64,000 nt of DNA from Bacteroidota bacterium (lineage in GTDB: Bacteria > Bacteroidota > Ignavibacteria > UBA10030 > UBA6906), in contig DATJPR010000146.1 of the NCBI GenBank assembly GCA_035506295.1, positions 10,233 through 74,232 on the forward strand, read 5' to 3'. The stretch's first letter is position 1; the number at the start of each line of letters is the position of its first letter. A program made the translations under genes and the position numbers. Positions 37,134 through 46,659 of this stretch are shown here, one piece after another. The notes beneath the pieces are model-generated. The model was given only the letters and a program-made list of their open reading frames with translations, was not told the DNA's origin and ran no database searches.

Positions 37134-37197
37134 GGACTGCTTTGCCCTGCTTGGCGGGGTTGTTCGGTACCTAATGTGACTGTCCTGGAATGGCCTG

Positions 37198-37713
37198 ATG
37201 AAGATTCCGGTGGCGGGGTTGCCGGAAGGCGTCCACGAGTTCGAGTTTGACTCTCCTGCCGCTGGATTAGGTCTTGATGGGGGGTTCAAAGAGATCCACG
37301 TCGATCTCATTGTTGAGAAGCTGGAGCGAGAGATCCAACTCCAGGGACGTATCGACACCTCGTTCGAGGGGGTGTGTGACCGCTGTCTGAAGCAGATCGT
37401 CACACCGCTTTCCCCAGCCTTTGCTTTGCACTACGTTTTTACAGAAGCGGATGCCGGGAGGTTCGATCCGGCGGAGACACTGATTCTTGCGCCGGGGACG
37501 GCGTCGGTAGACATCGCCGACGATGTCCGACAGGTTGTCGAGTTGACAGTTCCCTTGAAGATTCTCTGCAAGGACACGTGCAAGGGGTTGTGCCCGCGAT
37601 GCGGGAAAGACCTGAATGAAGGGCCATGCGACTGCCGGCCCGAACCGATCGACCCGCGATGGGACGCCCTGCGGGGTCTTCGGGCAAATGACCAGGGCGT
37701 TCTGGAAGAGTAG
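37198..37713 (+). CDS. yceD: YceD/DUF177 family protein (23S rRNA accumulation protein)
   Basis: 171 aa with a C-terminal CKGLCPRCGKDLNEGPCDC motif. It occupies the conserved position upstream of rpmF. Confidence 0.85.
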   Translation: MKIPVAGLPEGVHEFEFDSPAAGLGLDGGFKEIHVDLIVEKLEREIQLQGRIDTSFEGVCDRCLKQIVTPLSPAFALHYVFTEADAGRFDPAETLILAPGTASVDIADDVRQVVELTVPLKILCKDTCKGLCPRCGKDLNEGPCDCRPEPIDPRWDALRGLRANDQGVLEE

Positions 37714-37730
37714 CAAGGAGCATAGTCGGT

Positions 37731-37913
37731 ATGCCGAATCCGAAACGTCGACATTCCAAGACCCGCGGCCGGAAACGCCGCACGCATTACAAGGCAACTC
37801 CCGCGGCGATTTCGGAATGCCCGAATTGCCATACACAAAAGCTCCCGCATCGAGCCTGCCCGAATTGCGGCTACTATAACGGACGGACCATCACAGTTCC
37901 CAAGAAAGCCTGA
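37731..37913 (+). CDS. rpmF: 50S ribosomal protein L32
   Basis: MPNPKRRHSKTRGRKRRTHYK plus CPNC...CPNCG zinc-ribbon motifs. Confidence 0.95.
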   Translation: MPNPKRRHSKTRGRKRRTHYKATPAAISECPNCHTQKLPHRACPNCGYYNGRTITVPKKA

Positions 37914-37988
37914 CCTGGCGGGCTCCCCACCCACGGCTTGCCGCACTTCCCCGGCTGCTTGGATTCGCGGACTCCTCCCGGAACCTCG

Positions 37989-39077
37989 TTGAATCACACC
38001 ACCTCCAACATACATATCGCGATTGACGCGATGGGCGGCGACTTTGCCCCCGCATGCGTGGTCGAAGGGACGGCGGATGCTCTCCGGGAGCATCCCGGCC
38101 GCTTCGCCGCGGTTTTGGTCGGGCGCGAAGAGCGGATCCGTGACGAGATCCGGAAACTTCCTGAAGACGCACAACGGCTCCTCGACGACGGGCAGCGGTG
38201 CTCGATCGTGCATGCGAAGGATGTTATCGACATGCACGACAGTCCGACCGCGGCCGTGAAATCCAAGAAAGATTCGTCCATCGGCGTCGGCCTGACCCTC
38301 CAGCGCTCGAACCATGCGGACGCGTTTGTGAGCGCCGGGAATACCGGCGCTGTGCTCTCCGCCTCCACGCTGATCCTCGGCCGTCTCAAGCATGTCGGAC
38401 GCCCGACGATCGGCGCGCTCATCCCGACGGCCAAACGCCCCTGCCTCCTCGTCGATGCCGGCGCGAACGTCGACTGCAAACCCAGACACCTCTTCGAATT
38501 CGCCGTCATGGGCGCCCTGTATGTGAAGGCGATGCTCGGCGAAGCAAACCCGAAGGTGGGGCTGCTGAATATCGGCGAAGAGGATTCCAAGGGGAATGAA
38601 GCGGTGCAGGCGGCGTATAAACTCCTTGCCGGAAGCCCGCTCAACTTCAAGGGGAATGTGGAAGGGCGGGATGTCTTGAAGGGAGACGTCGACGTCATCG
38701 TCTGCGACGGGTTCGTGGGAAACACTCTTCTCAAGTTCGGCGAAAGCATTCCGTCGTTCTTCAAGACGAAATTCACCGCTCTCGCCGCCAAGAGTCTGAA
38801 GGACAAGATCATCGCCGGGCTCGCGCGGAACAGCCTCAGGCCGATTCTCAAGGAACTCGACTATCAGGAACACGGCGGCGTCCCCATCCTCGGCGTCGAC
38901 GGCGTTTCCATCATCGGCCACGGGCGTTCCACGCCGAAGGCCATCAAGAACATGATTTTCCGTGCCGAGGAAATGGTCACCGGAATGGTGCACCAGCAGA
39001 TCGAAGAATCCCTGGCAGCCGTTCAACCGAGCAGCGACGAGCGCCCGATACCGATCCACACAAGGAAACACGAATGA
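37989..39077 (+). CDS. plsX: Phosphate acyltransferase PlsX
   Basis: IAIDAMGGDFAP and SAGNTGA motifs. The start is placed at the TTG at 37989; the track ORF begins at a TTG at 37938, so the true start is uncertain. Confidence 0.9.
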   Translation: MNHTTSNIHIAIDAMGGDFAPACVVEGTADALREHPGRFAAVLVGREERIRDEIRKLPEDAQRLLDDGQRCSIVHAKDVIDMHDSPTAAVKSKKDSSIGVGLTLQRSNHADAFVSAGNTGAVLSASTLILGRLKHVGRPTIGALIPTAKRPCLLVDAGANVDCKPRHLFEFAVMGALYVKAMLGEANPKVGLLNIGEEDSKGNEAVQAAYKLLAGSPLNFKGNVEGRDVLKGDVDVIVCDGFVGNTLLKFGESIPSFFKTKFTALAAKSLKDKIIAGLARNSLRPILKELDYQEHGGVPILGVDGVSIIGHGRSTPKAIKNMIFRAEEMVTGMVHQQIEESLAAVQPSSDERPIPIHTRKHE

Positions 39078-40084
39078 GCAAGCAACGAGCCACGATCACG
39101 GCAGTCGGTCATTATGTCCCGGACAAAATTCTCACCAATGCAGACCTGGAGAAGATCGTCGACACCAGTGATGAGTGGATTCGGACACGGACGGGCATCG
39201 TGGAGCGAAGGGTTCTCGAAGAAGGCGGCACCTCCGACATGGCGGCGCGCGCGGTCCAGGCCATGCTGAAGAACCGCGGCATCTCCGCGGATGAAATAGA
39301 CCTGATCATCTGTGCAACGATCAGCCCCGACATGTTCTTCCCTTCGACGGCGTGCCTGATTCAGGAGAAGATCGGCGCGCGCAATGCATGGGGATTTGAC
39401 CTCTCGGGCGCCTGCTCCGGATTCGTCTACGGCGTCGCGACTGCCGCGCAATTCATCGAAGCGGGGACATACAAAAAGGTCGTTCTGGTCGGCTCCGACA
39501 AGATGACCAGCATTACGGACTACACCGATCGGAACAACTGCATCCTCTTCGGAGACGCCGCAGCAGCGGTATTGGTGGAAGCGTCCGACGATCCCACGTC
39601 GGGCATCCTTGACTACCTTCTGTATTCCGATGGTTCCGGCGGCAAATTCCTGAATATGAAGGCGGGCGGCAGCCTGATGCCCGCAAGCCACGAGACGGTC
39701 GACAAGCGCCTCCATTATATCTTCCAGGACGGCAAAGCCGTGTTCAAAGTGGCCGTGGTGAAGATGGCCGAAGTCGCGGCGCAAATCATGGCAAAACATC
39801 ATCTGTCGGGCAACGACATCGATTGGCTCGTCCCCCACCAAGCCAACAAGCGCATCATCGATGCGACGGCGGAACGGATGGGATTGGAGAAGAGCAAAGT
39901 GATGGTGAACATCGACAGGTACGGGAACACGACCGCGGCGACGATCCCGCTCTGTCTTTCCGAGTGGTGGCAACAGGGATTGTTAAAGAAAGGGCACAGG
40001 CTGGTCTTTGCCAGCTTCGGGGCGGGATACACCTGGGGGTCGGTACTGGTGAAATGGACCGTCGATAACTGCGCCAAAAACTGA
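39074..40084 (+). CDS. fabH: 3-oxoacyl-ACP synthase III
   Basis: Active-site context GACSGFVYG, plus HQANKRI and GNTTAATIP. ATGA overlap with plsX. Confidence 0.95.
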   Translation: MSKQRATITAVGHYVPDKILTNADLEKIVDTSDEWIRTRTGIVERRVLEEGGTSDMAARAVQAMLKNRGISADEIDLIICATISPDMFFPSTACLIQEKIGARNAWGFDLSGACSGFVYGVATAAQFIEAGTYKKVVLVGSDKMTSITDYTDRNNCILFGDAAAAVLVEASDDPTSGILDYLLYSDGSGGKFLNMKAGGSLMPASHETVDKRLHYIFQDGKAVFKVAVVKMAEVAAQIMAKHHLSGNDIDWLVPHQANKRIIDATAERMGLEKSKVMVNIDRYGNTTAATIPLCLSEWWQQGLLKKGHRLVFASFGAGYTWGSVLVKWTVDNCAKN

Positions 40085-40085
40085 C

Positions 40086-41006
40086 ATGGCGACGACGGCA
40101 TGGGTCTTCCCCGGGCAGGGGTCGCAATATGTTGGGATGGGTTCGGATCTCGCTTCGCACAATGCCGAAGCGCGGGCGCTTGTAGAACATGCAGACCGGA
40201 TCCTCGGTGCATCGCTCAGCTCGGTGATGTTTTCGGGGCCGGAAGACGAACTCCGTCAGACCAGGAACACGCAGCCGGCGATCTTTGTCCATAGCATGAT
40301 GCTGGTGACCCTGCTGGGGAAGCGCAGGCCGGAGATGGTTGCCGGTCATTCGCTGGGCGAATACACTGCGCTGGTGGTCGCCGGGGCCCTGACGTTCGAA
40401 GAAGGATTGAAGCTCGTGCGCTTGCGCGGCGAGCTGATGCATCACGCGGGCGAAGTCGAGCATGGGACCATGGCCGCGGTCATCGGCCTGGATCCTCCTG
40501 TCGTCGAGGCCCTGTGCAAGGAAGCCTCAGCCTCCGGCATCGTCCAGCCGGCGAATTTCAATTCGCCCGGGCAGATCGTGATCTCCGGAAGCGTGGAGGG
40601 TGTGCGCGCGGCGATGGCACTGGCAAAAACGCGCGGGGCAAAAATGGTCAAAGAGCTCGTCGTCAGCGGCGCGTTTCATTCGCCGCTGATGCGATCGGCC
40701 AAGGATGGCCTGCAGAAGGCCCTGGAGAACGTCGCCATTCGCGATGCGGGAATTCCCGTGTACGCGAACGTGACCGCCGAAGCGGTTGTCGACGGCCGGA
40801 AGGTCCGGGAGCTCCTGCTCGATCAACTGACGTCTCCCGTCCGTTGGGAAGAGTCGGTGGTACACATGCGGCGCGACGGCGCTGCACGGTTTGTCGAAAT
40901 AGGACCTGGCAAGGTGCTGCAGGGGCTGATCAAACGGATCGACCCGGAGGCATCAACCCGGGGATTGGACAAGGTTGGGGACATCGCGGGGTTTGAAGCG
41001 CCGTGA
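40086..41006 (+). CDS. fabD: Malonyl-CoA:ACP transacylase
   Basis: FPGQGSQYVGMG and GHSLGEYTAL motifs. Confidence 0.95.
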   Translation: MATTAWVFPGQGSQYVGMGSDLASHNAEARALVEHADRILGASLSSVMFSGPEDELRQTRNTQPAIFVHSMMLVTLLGKRRPEMVAGHSLGEYTALVVAGALTFEEGLKLVRLRGELMHHAGEVEHGTMAAVIGLDPPVVEALCKEASASGIVQPANFNSPGQIVISGSVEGVRAAMALAKTRGAKMVKELVVSGAFHSPLMRSAKDGLQKALENVAIRDAGIPVYANVTAEAVVDGRKVRELLLDQLTSPVRWEESVVHMRRDGAARFVEIGPGKVLQGLIKRIDPEASTRGLDKVGDIAGFEAP

Positions 41007-41620
41007 GTGCTGAAGATCTGCCGCTTATCGTCAAGGGGTACACGATTTCCCCGGAGTTGTTCCGGAAAGGGTTTCCCGCGGGCGGCGGCCCATGTTCCTG
41101 CGTTTCACGCTGCTGCCACGGAGGCGTGTACGTCGATCTCAAGGAACGTGAGCGGATCCTCGCCGCAAAGGAACAGGTCAAGGAGCAGATGGACTGGTCC
41201 CAGACGCGGGACGACTCCCGGTGGTTCGAAACCGCAGAGCTCGACCACACGGACTTTCCTTCGGGGAAGTGCGTCGGGACACAGGAGATCAACGACAAGT
41301 GTGCGTTCCTGGACAGCCGCGGACGGTGCTCGATTCAGCTCGCATCGGTTGCAGCGGGCGATCACAAGTGGGCGCTCAAGCCGTTGTATTGCATTTTGTT
41401 TCCGATAGAGATTACGGACAACGTCATCGGCTTTGACGACCTGCTCCAGGAAGAGTCGCAGTGCTGTTCGATCAAGGCGGAATTCGCGACGCCGTTGTTC
41501 CGCGCATGCAGGGAAGAGCTCGAACACATTCTTGGCCCGGAAGGCTACGCGATGATTGAAGACCATTACGCAGCGATCCATCACGCAGGCGCGTTGCAGC
41601 ATCCAAAGGAACAGGCATGA
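41003..41620 (+). CDS. Cys-rich uncharacterised protein (DUF3109-like) embedded in the fab operon
   Basis: 205 aa. The GTG start overlaps the fabD stop (GTGA) and its stop overlaps the fabG ATG (ATGA). Cys clusters: CSCVSRCCHGG, CAFLDSRGRC and SQCCS. Confidence 0.7.
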   Translation: MSAEDLPLIVKGYTISPELFRKGFPAGGGPCSCVSRCCHGGVYVDLKERERILAAKEQVKEQMDWSQTRDDSRWFETAELDHTDFPSGKCVGTQEINDKCAFLDSRGRCSIQLASVAAGDHKWALKPLYCILFPIEITDNVIGFDDLLQEESQCCSIKAEFATPLFRACREELEHILGPEGYAMIEDHYAAIHHAGALQHPKEQA

Positions 41621-42366
41621 ACGGACAACTCTCCGGCAAGGTGGCACTCGTCACGGGTGGAACGCGCGGCATCGGACGCGCAATTGTGGAACGACTCGCG
41701 GCTGCAGGCGCCACGGTGGGCTTCACGTACAAGAGTTCGTCTCAGGCGGCCGACGAACTCGTTGCCGCACTGCATGCCCAGGGGAGCACGGCGCAGGCTT
41801 TTCAGTCCGACGCCTCCTCCCCGTCGGAAGCCGGAACCGTCGTCGAGCAGTTCATCAAGGCATTCGGCAGGATCGATATCCTCGTCAACAACGCGGGGGT
41901 CACCAAGGACGGCCTTCTCATGCGAATGAGCGAGGAGGACTGGGACAGGGTTCTGGACACGAATCTTAAGAGTGTTTTTGCGATGACCAAGGCGGTATGT
42001 CGGCCGATGATGGGACAGCGGGCGGGAAAGATCATCAACATCTCGTCCGTCGTCGGTCTGACCGGGAACGCCGGACAATCGAATTACGCCGCCTCGAAAG
42101 CGGGGATCCTCGGATTCACCAAATCGGTTGCAAAAGAACTTGCTTCTCGCAATATTCAGGTGAACGCAATCGCCCCGGGCTATGTCGACACCGATATGAC
42201 CCGTGCCCTCACCGCCGAGCAGACAAAAACCCTCACTGAATTGATACCGTTGAAGCGCACCGCAAAACCGTCGGAGATCGCAGGCGCCGTGGTCTTTTTG
42301 GCGTCGCCGGAAGCGGACTATATCACGGGGCAGGTCCTCGCCGTGGACGGCGGCCTAACAATGTAA
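41617..42366 (+). CDS. fabG: 3-oxoacyl-ACP reductase
   Basis: TGGTRGIGRAI, NNAG and YAASKAG short-chain dehydrogenase motifs, in fab operon context. Confidence 0.95.
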   Translation: MNGQLSGKVALVTGGTRGIGRAIVERLAAAGATVGFTYKSSSQAADELVAALHAQGSTAQAFQSDASSPSEAGTVVEQFIKAFGRIDILVNNAGVTKDGLLMRMSEEDWDRVLDTNLKSVFAMTKAVCRPMMGQRAGKIINISSVVGLTGNAGQSNYAASKAGILGFTKSVAKELASRNIQVNAIAPGYVDTDMTRALTAEQTKTLTELIPLKRTAKPSEIAGAVVFLASPEADYITGQVLAVDGGLTM

Positions 42367-42423
42367 ACAAAGCAACTGTGTTCCACGATAGTACAACATC
42401 ACTCATAACCAGGAGGCCGCGTC

Positions 42424-42663
42424 ATGGCTGACATTGAAGCAAAGGTCAAGGAGATCATCATCAACAAGCTCGGCGTCGACGAAGCCCAGATCACTCCCGA
42501 GGCGTCCTTTACGAACGACCTGGGTGCCGATTCTCTGGATATCGTGGAGCTCGTGATGGACTTTGAGAAGGCCTTCAACTTCAGTATCCCCGACGAAGAC
42601 TACGAAAACATTAAGACGGTAGGTGAAGCAGTAAAGTACATCTCGGCGAAAAAACCCGCCTGA
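42424..42663 (+). CDS. acpP: Acyl carrier protein
   Basis: 79 aa with the [14 protein letters not shown] phosphopantetheine attachment site. Confidence 0.95.
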   Translation: MADIEAKVKEIIINKLGVDEAQITPEASFTNDLGADSLDIVELVMDFEKAFNFSIPDEDYENIKTVGEAVKYISAKKPA

Positions 42664-42716
42664 ACGACGTAGTCGGGCAGGCCCGCCTGAACGAAGCAGT
42701 CGGGCAGGCCCGCCTG
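42655..42716 (+). repeat. Tandem 27-nt repeat (about 2.3 copies) starting inside the last codons of acpP
   Basis: Copy 1: CCCGCCTGAACGACGTAGTCGGGCAGG (42655-42681). Copy 2: CCCGCCTGAACGAAGCAGTCGGGCAGG (42682-42708). A partial third copy, CCCGCCTG, follows. Each unit can fold into a small hairpin (GCCTG..CAGGC). Confidence 0.7.
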
Positions 42717-42736
42717 GCGATCCCAATCCCGAAGTT

Positions 42737-42770
42737 TCCCCGTCCGGGTCCTCCCCGGCCCGAACGGGGA
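42737..42770 (+). other. GC-rich nested hairpin in the acpP-fabF intergenic region
   Basis: Outer stem TCCCCGT (42737-42743) pairs with ACGGGGA (42764-42770). It encloses a CCGGG..CCCGG inner stem. No U-tract follows. It lies 33 nt upstream of the fabF ATG. Confidence 0.4.
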
Positions 42771-42802
42771 AGTGATCCATCGTCACGATCAAGGCAGGAA
42801 TT

Positions 42803-44050
42803 ATGAACGGTAAGCGAAGAGTTGTTGTCACCGGCATGGGCGCGCTGACGCCCATCGGCCTCAACATCGCCGAATACTGGAAGAACCTCCAAGCCGGCGT
42901 CAGCGGGGCGGCACGCATCACGTATTTTGACACCGCGGCGTTCGACACGAAATTCGCGTGCGAACTGAAGAACTTCAAGGCAACGGAATACCTCGACAGG
43001 AAATCGGCCCAGCGCATGGATCCCTTTACACAGTATTCCGTCATCGCCAGCGACCAGGCTGTCAAGGATGCGGGGCTCTCGATGAGCGACGACGATCCGG
43101 ATCGGTACGGTGTGGTCTTTGGGTCGGGGATCGGAGGGATGGTCACCTATGATGCCCAGTTCCGTAATCTGATGGAAGGCGGTCCGCGCAGGATCAGTCC
43201 GTTTTTCATCCCGATGCTGATCCCGGACATCGCCGCAGGTCAGATTTCCATCCGGCACGGCATGAAGGGACCGAACTACGCGACGGTGTCGGCGTGCGCG
43301 ACCGCATCGCACGCGATCGGCGACGCCTTTCGCATCATCCAGTACGGCGATGCCGACGTCATGGTGTGCGGCGGCGCAGAGGCGCCGATCACGATGATGG
43401 GATTGGGCGGCTTCAATTCGATGAGGGCGCTCTCGACCCGGAACGATGCCCCTGAACGTGCAAGCAGGCCCTTCGACAAGGACCGTGACGGGTTTGTCAT
43501 GGGCGAAGGATCGGGGGCTCTCATCCTTGAAGAACTCGAACACGCCCGCAAACGCCATGCGCGGATCTACACCGAGCTGATTGGTTGCGGATTCACCGCT
43601 GATGCGCACCACATCACCGCCCCGCCGGAAGGCGGCGAAGGAGCGGTGCGTTCCATGCAGCGAGCGCTGCGCGACGGCGGAATCCAGCCGAAGGACGTCG
43701 ACTATGTCAACGTGCACGGGACCTCAACGCCCCCCGGCGACATCAGCGAAACGAAGGCCCTGAAGACGGCGTTCGGCGACCATGCCCGGAGCATGCACGT
43801 CAGCTCCACGAAATCGATGACCGGCCACCTCCTCGGCGCCGCCGGAGCGGTGGAAGCCATTGCGACGATTCTGGCGATCGTCCATGACACCATCCCTCCG
43901 ACCATCAATTATGAGACTCCCGATCCGGAATGCGACCTGAACTACACGCCGAATACCCCGGTGCGGCACCCGGTCCGGTATGGTCTCAGCAACACGTTTG
44001 GCTTTGGCGGACACAACGCAACCCTTCTCTTCAAGAAGTTCTCGGAGTAA
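42803..44050 (+). CDS. fabF: 3-oxoacyl-ACP synthase II
   Basis: RVVVTGMG, the active-site context [14 protein letters not shown] and GFGGHN motifs. Confidence 0.95.
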   Translation: MNGKRRVVVTGMGALTPIGLNIAEYWKNLQAGVSGAARITYFDTAAFDTKFACELKNFKATEYLDRKSAQRMDPFTQYSVIASDQAVKDAGLSMSDDDPDRYGVVFGSGIGGMVTYDAQFRNLMEGGPRRISPFFIPMLIPDIAAGQISIRHGMKGPNYATVSACATASHAIGDAFRIIQYGDADVMVCGGAEAPITMMGLGGFNSMRALSTRNDAPERASRPFDKDRDGFVMGEGSGALILEELEHARKRHARIYTELIGCGFTADAHHITAPPEGGEGAVRSMQRALRDGGIQPKDVDYVNVHGTSTPPGDISETKALKTAFGDHARSMHVSSTKSMTGHLLGAAGAVEAIATILAIVHDTIPPTINYETPDPECDLNYTPNTPVRHPVRYGLSNTFGFGGHNATLLFKKFSE

Positions 44051-44063
44051 TCGGAGCCTCTTC

Positions 44064-44849
44064 ATGCGGAGAGTGCTCGGAGTCCTCCGTCGATTGATCC
44101 TCCCGTCCCGGCGTCACCCGTCCGGGACGGGATCCGCCTCTCCCCTCTCGTCAACCGCGCTTCGTCGTCTCGAGGCAACCCTCGGCTTTACGATCCATGA
44201 TCCCGCGATCTTCGCGGAGGCCCTCGTGCATCGGTCGTATCTGCAGATGCTCCCGGCAGGCGCACATTCGAACGAACGGCTGGAATTCCTGGGCGATGCG
44301 GTGCTGAGCCTTATTGTCGCGGAGTATCTGCACGGGCTGTTCCCGGGCGCGAAGGAAGGGGAACTTACCAAAACACGCTCCCGGTTGGTAAACCGGAAGG
44401 CGCTCGCAGTCTACGGCAAGGCGCTCCAGATTGCGGAATTCATCCTTGTCAGCCCGAGTGCCGCACAGTCCATGGACAAGGGAAGCGATGCCATCGTCGC
44501 CGATACCGTCGAAGCGCTCATCGCGGCGACCTATCTTGACGCCGGATTCGCGGTCGCCCGGCAGTTCGTGCTGCGGCTCGTCTCGGATGCCTTGAAGAAC
44601 CGTTCGATCGTCATCACGGACGACAACTACAAGAGCCTGCTTCTCGAGTATGCGCAATCCCGCGGGCTGGGCATTCCCCGTTACGTGATCGTCCGGGAGG
44701 AGGGCCCCGATCATGAGCGGACGTTTACCGTGGATGTCCTTCTCGCCAACAACCGGCTGGGAAGCGGGGTGGGAAAGAACAAGAAGAATGCGGAGCAGGC
44801 CGCCGCCGCCGAAGCCATACAGGCCCTGACCCGCTCGACGACGACGTAG
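44064..44849 (+). CDS. rnc: Ribonuclease III
   Basis: Track ORF trimmed to ATG 44064. NERLEFLGDAVL signature and a C-terminal dsRBD (KSLLLEYAQ..GPDHERTF..GSGVGKNKKNAEQAAA). Confidence 0.9.
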   Translation: MRRVLGVLRRLILPSRRHPSGTGSASPLSSTALRRLEATLGFTIHDPAIFAEALVHRSYLQMLPAGAHSNERLEFLGDAVLSLIVAEYLHGLFPGAKEGELTKTRSRLVNRKALAVYGKALQIAEFILVSPSAAQSMDKGSDAIVADTVEALIAATYLDAGFAVARQFVLRLVSDALKNRSIVITDDNYKSLLLEYAQSRGLGIPRYVIVREEGPDHERTFTVDVLLANNRLGSGVGKNKKNAEQAAAAEAIQALTRSTTT

Positions 44850-44903
44850 TCATCCGGCAGGGCGGACCGTGTCAGTGCAGGAGAACATTTGAAGGGAGAA
44901 AGC

Positions 44904-45311
44904 ATGGGAATCATCACGGACCACGGCGCCATCGTCAACATTCTCCGCGACGCGCGTACGATCGCGGTGGTCGGCCTGTCGGATCGACCGGAGCGCGACA
45001 GCTTCGGCGTCGCGCGGTATCTGCTTTCGCAGAAGTACACAATCATTCCCGTGAACCCGCTCATTCCATCCGTGTTCGGTCTGCCTGCGGTGCCCGACCT
45101 GGAACACGTCCACGGATCCGTCGACATCGTCGACATTTTCCGCAGGCCCGAGTTTGTTCCCGAAATCGTCGAGTCGGCCATTCGCATTCACGCCGGCACC
45201 GTCTGGATGCAGGCGGGAATCGTTCACCAAGAGGCCGCAGAGCGCGCCAGCGCCGCCGGCCTAAACGTCATCATGGATCGTTGCATCATGGTTGAACACC
45301 GGTTCCGCTGA
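44904..45311 (+). CDS. CoA-binding domain protein (YccU/YneT-like)
   Basis: IAVVGLSDRPERDSFGVARYL...IIPVNP...VDIFR pattern. ATG 44904 follows GAAGGGAGAAAGC. Confidence 0.8.
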   Translation: MGIITDHGAIVNILRDARTIAVVGLSDRPERDSFGVARYLLSQKYTIIPVNPLIPSVFGLPAVPDLEHVHGSVDIVDIFRRPEFVPEIVESAIRIHAGTVWMQAGIVHQEAAERASAAGLNVIMDRCIMVEHRFR

Positions 45312-45312
45312 T

Positions 45313-46653
45313 ATGCCGACAACGCCCCCTCTCCGGCGATTCGCGCTTGTGGCGGTGCTCCTGCTGACGACCTGGCCGGCAACGGCGTTGTCCCAGGCAT
45401 CCCGCATGAGCCCCGACGCACCGCTCGGCGTAATCGACACGGTCATCGTGGGCGGAAATACGAAGACCCGGGCGTACGTCATCCTCGACGAGATGTCCCT
45501 CCGCAAAGGGGACACTGCTACTTTCGCCGCCATGGAGTACGACAAGAACCGGATCTACGGCCTCGGCCTGTTTACCCGCGTGGATATCGCCTACGATTCC
45601 CTTCAGGGGATGCGCTTCCTCTTTGTCGACGTCAACGAGCGGTGGTACCTCATCCCCTACCCGATTTTTGGATTTCGTGACGGCGACGTGAAGCGGCCCT
45701 TCGGCGGCGCGGGCTTCCTCCATAATAATGTCGGCGGCAGAAATCAGAAGCTGTACGCGTCCCTCGTGTTCGGGAGCGATCCGTCAGCGGCCCTGTCGTT
45801 CAGCGACCCGCTGATCGATCCCGCCCACCGACTGTTCTTTTCCGGTGGACTCTCCTTCAGCAGGGTCCGGAACAAGACCCAGGTCGATGTTCAGACCACG
45901 GGACCGTTCGACGAATTGAACTACGACCTGAACGGGACGGTGGGCAAGAGGTTCACGCTGTCGCAAACCGCAGGACTTAACCTCGGGTACCACGCCATCC
46001 ATGTCACTTCGTGGTATTCCGGTCGGACCGTGTCCAACGACGGCACCGACCGGTTTCCGTATGCGACCGTATTCTACGGTCTTGATTCCCGCGATCTCTA
46101 TGAGTACGCAAGCCGCGGCGAGTATCTGAGCGCAAGCCTCACAAAGTACGGCTTCGGCGGATCCGCGTTCAACGTCAGCCGGATGTTCGCTGACATGCGC
46201 ATGTACCGCGAGCTTCCGCTGGGATTCATCGTCGCCTCCCGCCTTTTTGGCAATCTGACCTGGGGTGGCGAGGTCCCCACGTATGCTCATGTCTTTTTCG
46301 GCTACGGAGACAGGCTGCGGGGATGGTTCACCACCGTGATCGAGGGGGACGACAATGTGGGGTATACCCTGGAGCTCCGCCATTATCTGTTCCCCCCCCG
46401 CTACTTTCGCGTGAACTTCGTTTCGCTCCCGCCCGAGTTCTCGATCCTGCGCTTCGGGATCGCCGCCGCGCTCTTCGCGAACACCGGCACGGCATGGTAC
46501 CGGGGGGACCGGCTTAGTTGGGAATCTCTGTACTCCGGCTACGGGGGTGGCCTGCATTTTCTTCTTCCGTACAGCCTCGTCGTGCGGGTTGAGTACGCAT
46601 GGAACCAGTTTCATCACGGCGAATTCATCCTCGACCTGCGCGGTTCAATCTGA
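45313..46653 (+). CDS. Omp85/BamA-family outer-membrane protein (short, POTRA plus barrel)
   Basis: ATG 45313 gives a signal peptide (MPTTPPLRRFALVAVLLLTTWPATALSQ). POTRA-like segment IDTVIVGGNTKTRAYVILDEMSLRKGD. Barrel segments include LRGW and GGGLHF. Confidence 0.8.
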   Translation: MPTTPPLRRFALVAVLLLTTWPATALSQASRMSPDAPLGVIDTVIVGGNTKTRAYVILDEMSLRKGDTATFAAMEYDKNRIYGLGLFTRVDIAYDSLQGMRFLFVDVNERWYLIPYPIFGFRDGDVKRPFGGAGFLHNNVGGRNQKLYASLVFGSDPSAALSFSDPLIDPAHRLFFSGGLSFSRVRNKTQVDVQTTGPFDELNYDLNGTVGKRFTLSQTAGLNLGYHAIHVTSWYSGRTVSNDGTDRFPYATVFYGLDSRDLYEYASRGEYLSASLTKYGFGGSAFNVSRMFADMRMYRELPLGFIVASRLFGNLTWGGEVPTYAHVFFGYGDRLRGWFTTVIEGDDNVGYTLELRHYLFPPRYFRVNFVSLPPEFSILRFGIAAALFANTGTAWYRGDRLSWESLYSGYGGGLHFLLPYSLVVRVEYAWNQFHHGEFILDLRGSI

Positions 46654-46659
46654 ACAACC

